Shown: in pieces, positions 39,173-52,220 of the stretch
Layout: each line of letters starts with the position of its first letter
How positions within the stretch are numbered: the first letter of the stretch is position 1
Assembly: GCF_006345805.1 (NCBI RefSeq)
Contig: NC_042997.1
Coordinates: forward strand, 29,698,001-29,762,000
Direction of reading: 5' to 3'
Length of the DNA: 64,000 nucleotides
DNA from: Octopus sinensis
Taxonomy: Eukaryota
Notes under the pieces: model-generated
What the model was told of the DNA's origin: nothing
What the model saw: only the letters and a program-made list of their open reading frames with translations
Database searches by the model: none
Translations under genes and position numbers: made by a program

Positions 39173-39567
39173 CTAGCAGTATCGCCCGGCGTTGCTCGGG
39201 TTTGTAAGGGAAATAACTATATAAGCATTTTTAGAGAGTTATAGCCAAAAAATAGCAAAAAATGCATTAAAAATGGAAAAGAAATTATGGTAATTTTTTT
39301 TTTTAATCGTTGACTCATTGTAGACATTTTTAGAGAGTTACTTCCCTTTTTTAATAGCGAAAAAATGCATTAAAATGGAAGAAAATGATGGTAATTTTTT
39401 TTTAAATCGTAGACTCATCGTAGACGCGTGCTAATACCCAGAAGGGCTCGATATGAATCACGACTATAAGATACCCGGTTTTGGTTAAACTGCACTGCAA
39501 AATGTGGGAGTAGTTAGGAATCTAAATCGTAGGAGACAGACACACAACTTGACTTTTATATATGAGA
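39173..39567 (-). mobile_element. Non-autonomous Helitron (family A) with an internal tandem duplication
   Basis: Same termini as the copies at 13444 and 19396. The segment catttttagagagtt...gactcat.gtagac is present twice. Confidence 0.82.
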
Positions 39568-40289
39568 TACATATACACATTTATTTCAAACTGCTTTAAA
39601 AATTTCTTTTGAAGAAAAAGTAAATATTTCTTCAACTTATTTGTTTCATTTGGTTTGCATATAATAGTTCTCTTTAGTATCATTGTTATAATATAGAACG
39701 CATATTATAGATGCGCGTTTTGAAATCACATATTTATTTCCAAAAGTACTTTAGCTATAGCATAGCCCACTCCTCTCTAAGTAGAGTATTTATAAGTGCC
39801 AGATAAATTATAATATTGCACAGCGGTATTGAAAATGCTAATTCCTTTTAAAGTGTACGTAAGCTGCTAATGGCTGTTATATTTCTGTGTGAGTATTACA
39901 TAGTTCTCAGAACTTATATCGGTATTAAATGCATTGGCATTATCGTCTTAAATTTTAGTCATTTCAATGTGTTGATGGGCAAATTCTGCAAATTTAGAAG
40001 AAAATTGTAGTGGTTCTAGCACAGTCTATGTAGTAGGGATTTTTGCTAAAACAATAGAATTTAAGCATAACTAAATCTTTGATAGGCATTCATTGAAAGG
40101 TTCTTACAGCTGCTGCCTCAACATAAAAAATGTTATTATACATGAACTATACGACTCGCTTACTCCAAAATATAACTCCAGAGACTCAGACATGCCTACT
40201 TGACCAGGCAGGCATAGTTAGCTATGAGGTTTTCAAAGCTGAGGATACTTAACTTCTACAATAGGGAAAGGATATTGGTTTATACAAGG

Positions 40290-40940
40290 GAAAGCTTAGA
40301 CTGTTATACGTGACATCACAAGGCAAACAAAAATTGCTGTGTACCATGAATGTGTACCATGAATATTGCTCCTTTACGCATGTGAGACATGGACCCTTTA
40401 CAAACGTCATGTAAATGTCCATGAACGCTTCCATCAGAGATGTCTGAGACACATTCTAAATGTTGGCTGGACCTTGAAAACTCCAGATGCACAGGACTTG
40501 AGGAAAGCTTTTACCTTGAGTATTGAGCGATGGTGCACAAGCACCGGTTACGTCGGACTGGAAACATTGTTATAATAAATGATTGCAGAATTCCTAAACA
40601 GACGCTATATGAGGAACTTGTTAGTGGAAAGCGACCCTGGCAGATGCCAAGACTGCTATTTAAGGACTGTGTAAAGTCCTTATTAAAGGCCTGTGAAATG
40701 TGGGAGGTTGACTGGGAGAGCAATGCTGGCCACCACCAGGGATGGAGGAAATAAGTAAAGGAGGGGTACTGATATCTTTGAAAGAGCACGTATTCTTCAT
40801 GAAGAATTTAAGCGTGCTGCTAGAAAACGCACGGCTAGTGTAGTGAATGGGAAGCTTTGTCTGCCTACAATGTTTGGAGTCGTGTATGTTTGTCAACAGC
40901 ATGGTTCGTTAGTCACCAATGGAACCGTAAGTGTAGACTT
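40290..40940 (+). pseudogene. RTE-clade LINE ORF C-terminal part
   Basis: LLYACETWTLYKRHVNVHERFHQRCLRHILNVGW and RLRRTGNI...RIPKQTLYEELVSGKR...FKDCVK. Confidence 0.88.
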
Positions 40941-41050
40941 GAGCGTACAATCTTCGTAAAGCTCAGTAACGGTTTTCTGCGGTCACGAATGTGCGGCCAC
41001 CGTATACATGCGTCTACATACATACATGCATACATACATACATACATACA

Positions 41051-41127
<77 letters not shown>

Positions 41128-41129
41128 AC

Positions 41130-41958
41130 TTCGTTTTGGGATTTGGTTTGCGGGATTCTTTATGTGAGTTCGCGTGTTGAATCATATTATGTTTGGCGGT
41201 TGTATACCACGTGTTCAACCTGTTTGCTTTGTCACAGGCTCTTTGTATATTATGCCAGTCTTTGTTTCTATATTTAGAGCAGGTACCTTTGGTTTCATTA
41301 GGTATGATGTTATCTAACTTCTTTCTAGCACCCCTGTGTACTCGAATACTATCTTTCTGATCATATCCAGGGAATTGCATGAGGTGCATGAAGTTTTGTA
41401 CATGTCTCTTTTTTTCATAGGCTTTGCCTAAAGGAGACACATTTTTCATTACCCTAACTAAGTCTGCTATCAGTATCTTAATTTCCATGTTGCGTGACAA
41501 AGCTGAGTTCTTGTGAACAACATATTTTGAACCTATGGGTTTCATGTAATAGGCGTGGTGGAGCTGCACTCTGTTTTTTGCAATCTCTAACCCAATTTCA
41601 GTATCAAGGATGGGTAGTCTATTGTTGGAGTGTCTAGTTGGGTAATCTATAGTACTCTTGATACTTTGGTGGATGGAGTTAGCTACTTGCAGGATGCTCT
41701 TCATTATGTCCCTCTCATTAATGTTAATAGAGTTGATTTTAACTATGATATGTCATCTACGTACCTACTGTAAAGTAGAGGAGTTGTGGACTGTTCTGTT
41801 TTGCTAAGGATTGATTAAGTTTTCTGTCCCATCAGGTCATGAAGAAGCCGGCCACATATCCAACTACACCGACACCAATGGCTGCACCTTGAGCCTGCAA
41901 GTATAGTTTCTTGTTAAACTTTACTATGTGGCTCTTCGCGGTGGTTCTTATGCTAATC
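41130..41958 (-). mobile_element. Penelope-like element RT fragment (second PLE family)
   Basis: The minus strand encodes KLYLQAQGAAIG, LYSRYVDDI (~41748-41776) and IDYPTRHSNNRLPILDTE...YYMKPIGSKYVVHKNSAL. Confidence 0.85.
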
Positions 41959-42554
41959 ATAGATTACCCCACTAGGAACCCTAACAACAGAATCCCTGTC
42001 CTTGATACTGAACTTTGCTTAGAGACTGTTAACAATAGAGAGATAAATTACCAAGACCTATGACGAAAAAGAAATGATGTATTCTTGTCAAAAGCAGAAT
42101 GCTCTATCATGCACAATGACAGAAATTGTTTAAAAAATGGCTTTCTTTCTTTTCTAATTCTTGTTGTTCTTTTAAAACATTCATCCTAACTAATTGCTGC
42201 TATAATTTGATGTTACTGAACTTTCAATCCTGTATGACTGTCATGGACCGTTTGAAATTTTATGCTGTGCAACATTGAACCACATGCTTGTGACATAACC
42301 GATCTCTCTTTTCAGCTGTTAGCATTCTTCTAGCAGCAAAACCTCAAAGGATTAGAATAAATTGGAATGTTCTTCTGAAGTAATCTTATATGCATTACGA
42401 CAGTGATGCTAATAAGACAATATTGTTTAAGGAATGACATTTGCAGGCCAAGATTTGACTGGGGAAAAAGATAAGCAGAGGTTAGTGATCGCACGAATGA
42501 TGACTGTGTACAAGTGAGGTTGGCGCCAATAAGCAGTTAACTTTATAAGAGATT

Positions 42555-42573
42555 ATATATATATACATCTATT

Positions 42574-42621
<48 letters not shown>

Positions 42622-42637
42622 TATGTATATATATATA

Positions 42638-42680
<43 letters not shown>

Positions 42681-43011
42681 ATACATATATAAATAAATAT
42701 TGATATATTTTTATTAGAGTCTTGAAGAATTAAGAACCGGGACAAAAGAAACGAAACAATCAACTGTTCAATATTAAATGGTTTTCTCAACATTTTTATT
42801 GTTCAGTCGTCTTTAAATGATGGCCGCCTTTGGTTATGTTTCATATTTTTGTCGCCAACTTATTGTTCATGACCGACAGTCTACGAGCATCAATAGGAAA
42901 TCAATTGATAAAGGAGTCCTATATTTGAAATAGGAACCTTTTCTTCTTACGCAAAACGTAATATACAATACTATATGCACGCATATATGTCTGCGCGGAA
43001 ATAGGTATATG

Positions 43012-43067
<56 letters not shown>

Positions 43068-43186
43068 GATAAATGCATACGTGCATACATACACATATAT
43101 GCATATATGTATATATATAAATACTTATATTTATATATATGGACATACATATATGTATGTATATGTACGTATGCATATATGTATAC

Positions 43187-43251
<65 letters not shown>

Positions 43252-43305
43252 CATACATGTATATATGTGTATGTATGCATGTAAGTAGCTCTCTCTATAT
43301 ATAAG

Positions 43306-43384
<79 letters not shown>

Positions 43385-43550
43385 AGAGAGAGAGGGGCGA
43401 TAGAAAAAACGATATCATAGCATATTAATAATGTATTGGGAACAACGTTTTGTGAATATATTCTTTTTGATGTAAATGTATGCTAGATGAATATACGGGT
43501 GAATACATTTATAGTCAACATACTCTCTTGTGTATGTGTATGTATGTATG

Positions 43551-43587
<37 letters not shown>

Positions 43588-43643
43588 TTATATATTCTTC
43601 CCTTTTCTTTTTGTTACTATACCCCCATATATATATGTATATA

Positions 43644-43676
<33 letters not shown>

Positions 43677-43677
43677 T

Positions 43678-43725
<48 letters not shown>
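42555..43725. repeat. Cluster of (TA)n/(GA)n/(TATG)n microsatellites
   Basis: Directly visible. Confidence 0.93.
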
Positions 43726-43726
<1 letters not shown>

Positions 43727-44058
43727 GGGTATAGTAACAAAAAGAAAAGGGAAGAATTTTGATTATCCCCACGTGGTGATTTGCTATATATGTAAGAAAT
43801 TACAGAAGGAAAATGCACACACTTTACATACTTTTTATACAATTTTTAATATTATATTGTTTGTCCGTCGGTTTCGCATTCGCTATTCATGACATTACTT
43901 AAATACGTATTTTCTGAAGTAAAATGTTTTGACCATTTTTTGTGTGGAGTTTATGAATGAAGGATTCAACAAATTATAAACATCTAAGTGGAGGTAATTG
44001 GCTATCGTTATTATTATGTACAGGGGTGATAACTGTTCATATTCCAGTAAGGTGTGGG

Positions 44059-44089
<31 letters not shown>

Positions 44090-44765
44090 AAAATTCAAAA
44101 ACTAGAGTAATGTGGAGAAATATATACAGTGATAGGTATGTAATCGTGAATTAAAATATGTACAGAGATCAGAGTTGGTTATGCGTACATATTTAGACAT
44201 GTTCTGTTCTTTTCGATGAATCAATTTTCTTTATTTAATCGTTCTTGTAATGAAATTGTATCTTTGCACTGGGAGAAGAGGAAGACTGTGAAATTTGGTT
44301 GATGTTGCCTGCACATCACTCTATGTGTTCACTTAAAGGAATCCCTCCGTATTGCGGGAACCGAAACTGCTCTTTATTTAGAGTGGTTCTCCGTCTCAGT
44401 GACATACTCGTCTGTCCTATATATGTATATCCACCACCCGAGTAGGTTATTACATAAATTAGATTCTCAGTGAAGTTGATTTTAATTGTTCACCTCTCTC
44501 CTTTTTGAAAAGGAATATCTGAACCTTGAAGTAGGTTGGGGCATGTTCCACTCTTTGGGCGTCCACATTTTTAACCGCAATTGTTAGAAGTCTCTTTAAT
44601 GATTTGTATTGCTTTTTGCGTTTGAGGAATCTATGTCCTTTCAATATGCTGTTTATTTTTGGGTCTCTAGTTTGTAAAGGAATTTTCCCCAATAGTATTG
44701 TATGACTCATTGTTTTTAGGGTTCTGAGTTGATACATACAGTAGTGCTTTGAGATGAGGTGTAGT
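43724..44765 (-). mobile_element. Penelope-like element 3' fragment (GIY-YIG region and 3' repeat), same family as 2127-3365
   Basis: Colinear nucleotide similarity to 2127-3165. Peptide LQTRDPKINSILKGHRFLKRKKQYKSLKRLL. Confidence 0.85.
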
Positions 44766-45525
44766 AGTACTGTTTTGAGGTTTCTCTTAAATGAATCAAT
44801 GAATAAGCGCCATTCAGCTGGAACATGCTCTTGGAATAAACAGCGAAATAACTCATCAGTGTTATTACTGAAATAAAGTGGTCTATCAACAGAGAAGCAT
44901 GAAGTGAGATTCCTATATCTCTTCCTGAAATGAGCAATACAAGCATCTTTCTTAAGCAGACACCTTTCTTGGAGACGAGATGCCAATAGTTCAGCTTTAT
45001 CCTTCGACAATGACAACTCTCTAACTAAATCATTTAACTCGCCTTGAGAAAATTTCTGTGGTACGTCTTCATATTCAATCAGGAAATATGCATCCACAGC
45101 AGTAGTATTTTCTTCAGGAAATACATCTTCGTCAGATATCTGAAGGCCAATTTCTGATTGTATTGGAATAGGAATATCATCATCGTTGTGTGTCTTTTTG
45201 CTGATTCCAAGTTGGTCTTTACAGTAAACCCACATACATTAACGTTGCAGAAATAACAGTCCATGAAATGATCCTTTGGCTCTCTCCATATCATAAGTAT
45301 TGCAAACGGCATTGCTCTCTTCCTCTTATTTAGCCAATCCCTTAGTCTATTTGAACATTCTGATCAGATGATGTGCAGGGCCCAACTCTTATCTTGATCC
45401 CTGAGAGAACAGCCAAAGTATAACTGGCAGATCTTCTTGATTTCATTTGTGATGGCACGTTGCTGAGCTTTGGCGGTAAATGAACCACAGACATAACAAA
45501 ATAAGGACTTTTCTTGCAATGCCTG
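44759..45525 (-). pseudogene. DNA-transposase N-terminal half, CMC-Chapaev3-like, frameshifted
   Basis: CKKSP..CYVCG...YFGCSLRDQDKSWALHI...MPFAILMIWREPKDHFMDCYFC...FSQGELNDLVRELSLSKDKAELLASRLQE...EWRLFIDSFKRNLKTVLLH. The family name is assigned from memory of these motifs. Confidence 0.75.
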
Positions 45526-46072
45526 AAAACGCACAAACTCATCAAAGGCAAAAAGCAGCGCGAATCGCTAAAGAGACTGCTAAGAAATGCGAAGCTTTAC
45601 AAAACAACCACGAAACCAACGGTAAAACAAAATGTGGACGCCCAAGCTGTGGAATCTACCCCAACTTACTTAAAGGCTCAGATTTCCTTTTCAAACAGAG
45701 GTTCACAATTAAAACTAGTTTCGCTTTTGCTTCTGAGAACTTAATTTATGTAGTAACCTGCACTGGTTGCGTACACAACTACATTGGACAGACGAGTATG
45801 TCCTTTAGACGGAGAACCAGACTACATAAAGAGAAAATCCGTTTCCCTAAATATAGTCAAATTCCTCTCGGCGAACATATAGAAAAATGTGCAGTTAACA
45901 TCAAACCACATTTCACAATCTTCCCCTTCTACCAATGCAAAGACACAATTTCCCCACGAGAACATTTAAATAAATAAACTTTTTTCATTGAAAAATACAG
46001 AACACGTCTTAATATGAACGCATAACAAACTTTTATCTTTTTACATGTTTCAATTCACGATTATATCACTGT
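45522..46072 (+). mobile_element. Penelope-like element GIY-YIG fragment, inverted relative to 43724-44765
   Basis: KCGRPSCGIYP...SENLIYVVTCTGCVHNYIGQTSMSFRRRTRLHKEKI...HIEKC. Confidence 0.9.
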
Positions 46073-47896
46073 TCAAATTGATTTGATAAACCGTTCAATT
46101 TGATAAAGTGTACCATTATATTTAATTTGCCTAACTCAGATTTTGTTAAATTTTGATGTTGGTTTAAACTATAGAATTTGTATTGGTATGTAAAATCAAA
46201 AATCTTTCGTATTTTTGTCTTACAGCTGATAATATACAGCACTTATTTTATTGAACCATACCGCAAATTGACGTTTGAACAGATGAAAGCTCAACGAAAC
46301 ACATTCTGAGATCTTTCTTGATTTAATTCACAATTCTGTTGCGCCGATCGTTCGTGTTATTACTTATAAAACATTCCTTTTACTCCAGCTCACACACACT
46401 CTCACACGCATATATGTGTGTATGTGCTTGCGTGTATATATGTGAGTGTGTGAGAGAGAGAGACAGATAGAGAATCTACGTTGGTATTTACATGAATGCC
46501 TCTTATATTGGAAACTATTTACACTTGATTATTCTAAACTGTATCATTCATACATGGCGCATATAGCACGCATATAATGTTTCTATATTCATGTAACTCC
46601 ATGATAAAGACAGTTTCATTTGCGGAATGCATTCCACAATTTGCCGTAAAGTTACTGCTTGATTATATTAAATGAAATCTTACATTGTATTATCTATTGA
46701 ATTCCATCATTAAAATGTAAATCAGAATTTTGTGTATATTTCTTTTGCATTGTCAAAACTGGGGCAACATAGAGAGTATAATTTTGTATACTGATGAGCA
46801 GATTCAATATTTTTCGGAAAGATACAGTTGGATGTGGTTAGGTCAAGTATCTAAAAAAAATGTTCAGATCAGTCAAGTTCTGCCTCTGCACTTTACTCTA
46901 AATACTGTATTTTAAGTTAACTAGCATTTTCCTATTAAAAAATTCGACGATTCGATACTTCGTTAATTATTTTGACTTTTTCAAACTTATGTCACAATTT
47001 TACTCACGTATTGATTGGAAATCCATGAATAATCTCCGAAACCATTTCCTACGTTCCTATGAACCCACTTAATGTTGCTTTATAAAATTTCTTCTCGATC
47101 TAGAATATAAAAATAAACCGAATTGAATTGACAAAAATTGCAAATTATCCACTCAGAACTGAAAGCATTTTCGAAATTTTTCTCGCAATTTGTCATTACT
47201 TCATATTCACTCCAAATCGACTTATCGATATCATTTATGTTATAACAATTTATGGTAGTTAGCAAATGATACAGTTATTGACAAGTTCAAAGAATTTTCT
47301 TTTTTTTGCAATACTTGTATTGTTTGATTCCCGCTAACAACATATATTAGAATTTTCATGCAGAGTTTTCCATAGCTAATGGCTCTACAATGAATTGCGC
47401 AGCACGTATTAATTAATATATATGGAGCATCCACTTGTATTGATTTCGAATATTAATTATAGGTTTGGGATTATTTCAGCGAATCAAAAGTCCGCCGGAT
47501 TAATGTAGTTATACTATTAGCATTTATCTTATGTATTTCCACGATCTGCTGTACCGGTGTGTTAGATAACATTCTGGTTTGGTTAATATAGAATACCAAG
47601 AGAATCTCTTGGTTGATTAACTCATTCTCTCTCTCTTTCTGAAGAATTAGCTATGAAGTTCATATATAAATGTTTATTAGTTTACACATTTCCTGAAATA
47701 TTCAGCATACTATTGTCGAAACCATATAGCTACTTGAAATTACTGAAGTTGAAGTAATGTTCCTAATTAACTGAATAAGTATTGCTTTAATAATGTAATG
47801 GCTACAGTTTGCACGTTCCAATCTATTGTAGAATTCCTTATAATTATTCTCATGTAACCAAATTTATATAATTAAGATTCATTTACTACAAAATAT

Positions 47897-48104
47897 CGGT
47901 TCCAAATTTTGGCACAAGGCAAGCGGTTTCGGGGTAGATCTATTACATAGACCCCACAGCTCAACTGGTAGTTATTTTATAAACCTCGAAATGATGAATA
48001 ACAAAATCAACCTTGACGGAATTCAAACTCTGAACATAAAGACAGAGGGAATGCCGCTTAGCAATTTGCCAGGAGTGATAACGATTCGGACAGTTCACTG
48101 CCTT
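47897..48104 (-). mobile_element. Older SINE copy (aaggcggcgagctggcaga superfamily)
   Basis: Diverged but colinear with 5280-5477. Confidence 0.7.
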
Positions 48105-49389
48105 AATGTAATACAAACAATACTGAAGATAACTAAATATTTTAATATGTGAATAATTGTAGGGGTATTTAAAACAACTAGTAGTAGTCATTTTATAATT
48201 TTGAATGATATAAACGACTTTTGAATATATAATTAGAACAAACGTAGCACTGACATGAGCTTTGAAAAAAGACACAAAGTTAGAAAATATACAGCAAAAT
48301 ATTTGATTACAGGGCGAAACAACAGATTTTTACTTCTACATGCTCTTTCTTAAAACACATATAAAAAAAGATTTGAAAATCGTCTGATACTTGAAAAATA
48401 GTGGAATCCTCATTGGTATAAATTATAAGCGTAAATTTCTATTTGAACAAGCTTAGACTTCACAGTAGGTAAAACCCCAAATGCATTTTAAGTGTTGAGA
48501 TATGTAATGATAAACATTTCACTTTGCATAACCTATTCCAATTCTGATTTTAAACCCTACTTCATATTATACTGCAAACACTCTCCAAATTTAGAGCGAA
48601 TTTAGGTTTTAGAAGTGTAGTTTATTTATGTTGCACAAGCTTCGAATTTATAATCAAAGGAAAATATTCCTAAAGTGTATTCCTTACTGTTGCTTCCTCT
48701 CACATTATTTGTAATAGATTCTCTTTATATATATTTGTCATCGACCTGTTGTGATAACAAACACATTTTTCTCGGAGAGAAATATAAACACAGGACATAA
48801 AGAGAGAAAACTATTCTGATAACTGGAACAAGGACTAAAGGGTACGCCTTAACACTTTTGTCGTTCAGCGAAAATTGAATTTGAATTCCAATCACTTTAA
48901 CTTCATGAAAGAAATCTGTAAAATATTAAGGGCAAAATTAGACATCTGTACTAATCCCGAAAAATTATTCATTGTGTATATTGTTAAAGGAAGTAAAAGT
49001 ATCAGTCGCTTCAATAGATCCATAAATATTAGATAGTTAATATACATTGACCCTACCATCAATTCACCTGTGTAAGCCTCCCGAAATATTTTCAACTGAA
49101 GTGGATTGTCACGTTTCTTTATCAACGTCATGTGCAATAAATCCCTCAAACACAAACTTTATCAAGAATACGCTTTCTGACTAATCAAATGATGATATAT
49201 CTTCAAACGTTTGTGCATGGTTGCGGGTGCATTCTAATTGATACGGGAAGCAAAATCAGTGGACTTCTGAATAACAGTGTTAACCGTTTCTATAATTTGT
49301 ACAGATAATAAGTGTTTTAATGTCTCTTGCATGGTTGGGTTGGGTCGGTTTAAATCTGAATCGATACCGTAGGTATACTTATATATATA

Positions 49390-49431
<42 letters not shown>

Positions 49432-49440
49432 GTTGGTATA

Positions 49441-49626
49441 TATTTCTTTACTACCCACAAGAGGGGACGAACAATGAGACAAACGGATTAAGTCGATTTT
49501 ATCGACCCCGAAAGGATGAAAGGCAAAGTCGACCTCGGCGGAATTTGAACTCAGAACTTAACGGCAGACAAAATACGGCTACGCATTTTGCCCGGCGTGC
49601 TAACGTTTATGCCAGCTCGCCGCCTT
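49441..49626 (-). mobile_element. SINE with 15-bp TSD
   Basis: TSD atatacgttggtata at 49426-49440 and 49631-49645. Homologous to the 53650 copy, with internal deletions. Confidence 0.9.
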
Positions 49627-50519
49627 ATACATATACGTTGGTATAAAGGACAAAGACGAAACATCAATTCCTAATATAATACATTGAAGAGGAAAATGGT
49701 AAAACAAAAATTAATGCTATGCAGATTAATTATACTGGTTTATTTTATTAATTAATTTTTCTTAGGAAAATGTAACGGTGAATTGTTTTCTTTCGAAATG
49801 TATTATAACATATACCCTTGAACTCATAACTCATTTATAAACCAATTCTTTTGACAAAGCACAAACAGATATCCTGTTACTAAACTTCTTTTCTTTATTT
49901 AAACAGAACTGTAAATGGTGAAACCATCGGAAAATTTGAAATATATGATTTACAAAGGAATAACAAGATGAAATAATTCAAAAGATTGATTCAAACGTTC
50001 ATTCAATTCAATGTTCTTATCTATATTAGAGCCTTGAGTATTTATTCCAACAATTTGTAACAAACAAATACAATGCAATATAAAGAAATTCTATCTCAAG
50101 GATGATTAAAAGCGGAATGTTTAAAATTACAGCTTTTGAAAAAACAGATTAGTCTTAAATAAAATTAATTCATCACTAATAGGCGTCGAAAATGATTTTC
50201 TAACATCATTCAGCAGGAATTCGACAGAATTATATTCAAAGACGGGAGTTGACAATTCTGTCATTATAAAAGCTATTGTGATTGCTTGCGCCTTTTAGAA
50301 AATGGCTCAAAGCAAATGGAACATTTAAAACATTGGAAGATAAAGGAATGCAGAATTCTATAGCTGTTTTAAGTATATAATATAAGGCATCCGCAGTGCA
50401 ATATTATCAGGTAATTAGGATAATGGGAAAATGCGAGGCGAGTTTTCAAAGTCGAACAAATATGTGGTAGTGGGGAAGGAGTATTTCTGTGTAATTTAGA
50501 GTCTCTACATTTGTAATTT

Positions 50520-51800
50520 GCTTTGTGTATGTTTGTAGTCTGGTGTCATACGGTCATTTGTGTCCATTTGGGTTGTTGTGGTGTTAGCAATACTTATTAT
50601 TGGGTTGTAAATTTAGAGTCTACTGCTGTTGTTGTTCAATGTTTTCCTGCTGTTCCCTTTAGTAGCCTGTTTCTGATTCTGTTGCTCTTGGCACTGTTGC
50701 TGTTGTTGTTGGTATTGTTGATGATACTACTACTTTATTACACATGCTACTATTGTGGGGGTGTCAGCACTTCTTGTGTGAAGCATTTCCTTTTTTTGTT
50801 TCAGAATGCAAAACGGACTGAGATACTTTGCGTAGCTATATATATGGATTCTTGACCTTTTGTCCTGAACTACTATGAAACTTTGCAAGCTGTTTGTTAA
50901 GTGGATCATTTCAGGAATAGACTCTGTATTTTGGTCTATTTGGATTAATAATTTTACCCTTGGGCGTTAACAATTTTCCTTTCTCTTACCATTGACTTGT
51001 AGAAATATTAATTTCATTTTCTATGCCATATATTACAGCCTACACACGCAAGGGTTTATCTATTTCTAGTGGTACCTTGTCTACTTTTGTTTTTATCACT
51101 CTCTGAGCGAGGTCATTTAGAATCAGCAGGATTTCGTCACAACAATCTGTAAGCTTCTTTATCTGTTTGAAGCTTCATATTAACTATTCCAAGGCGTTTT
51201 CCATGGATGACATAAGTTTTATGACGCCAGTTGGCTTAAGGCACTTTGCAATCTGGACCTGCATGGCTCCAGACGATTCCTTTTGAATGCAATACATTTA
51301 TTTATATTTGAATGCAATACATTTATATATTTTTGTTTTTCTTTGAACTGTCTGTTCACTTCGTTGCATGTTTCGGTATATTCTTATGCCATTTTTGGCG
51401 AGAAGTACATTTCCATTGTTTATCTTTCTTCCGACAAATTAAAACTGCCTCTAAATGTTTGCTTGTATTTGCGAAACAGTTTTCAAAATACTTGCAAGCT
51501 TTAAGTTATATCGTTTTCATTGTATTAAAGTTTGCAGTGATGGTATAAGTGGAGGCTTTCTTTGTGTTTCAATATTGACTTTTCTTGCTTGTTGTAGTTG
51601 TTACTTTTCTAGCGGTGTGAGGTGTAGTGGCACTATTGTTTTAACCTTCCTTTTCATTTGTGTTGTTATATTTTTATTATTGCTGTTATTGTTTCCGTTG
51701 ATATGGGTATTCGTTACGTCTAGCAGCAAGTTGTGGGAAACGATTTTCGAAATGGCTTTTCTAAGCTCCATTTCCTCCCCTGAGTTGAAAAACCATATCG
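50520..51800 (-). pseudogene. Possible decayed retroelement ORF1/gag-like coding relic
   Basis: Strong strand asymmetry (A/C-rich minus strand) and long interrupted K/N/T/Q-rich frames. TACKVS**FRTKGQ near 50850-50895 may be a decayed zinc knuckle. Confidence 0.3.
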
Positions 51801-52083
51801 TTTTTGCAATAAGCTAGCTAACCCCACATGATTCTAGACAGGTTCACAACAAAATAATGCAATACAAACTAAATAGGCTTTCTTTAAAAACAGCAACATT
51901 CGATAACGACACGCTAAAGAAAAAGTGACTCCGAATATCACATTCATAAATATCACAGTGTAGGATATGCTCTGAGAAGGGGGAAGTATAAATTATATTG
52001 TTAGTGAGTGCTGTAAGCACGCACAACACGAATGAAAAAGGAGACACGAAAATGTGGCCAGATACGTTCACTGGCTGTTGTGC

Positions 52084-52084
<1 letters not shown>

Positions 52085-52164
<80 letters not shown>

Positions 52165-52220
52165 GCAAAAGTCAAACATAGAATAATAATAATAATAATA
52201 ATAATAGTAATAATAATAAG
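52085..52220. repeat. (TAA)n microsatellite with a short insertion
   Basis: Directly visible. aagcaaaagtcaaacatag interrupts it at 52163-52181. Confidence 0.95.

Noticed and set aside
44459-45235. 258-aa ORF as a real fusion gene
   Set aside because: It is a read-through of a decayed transposase into a decayed PLE fragment. The upstream transposase part is frameshifted and the catalytic region is missing.
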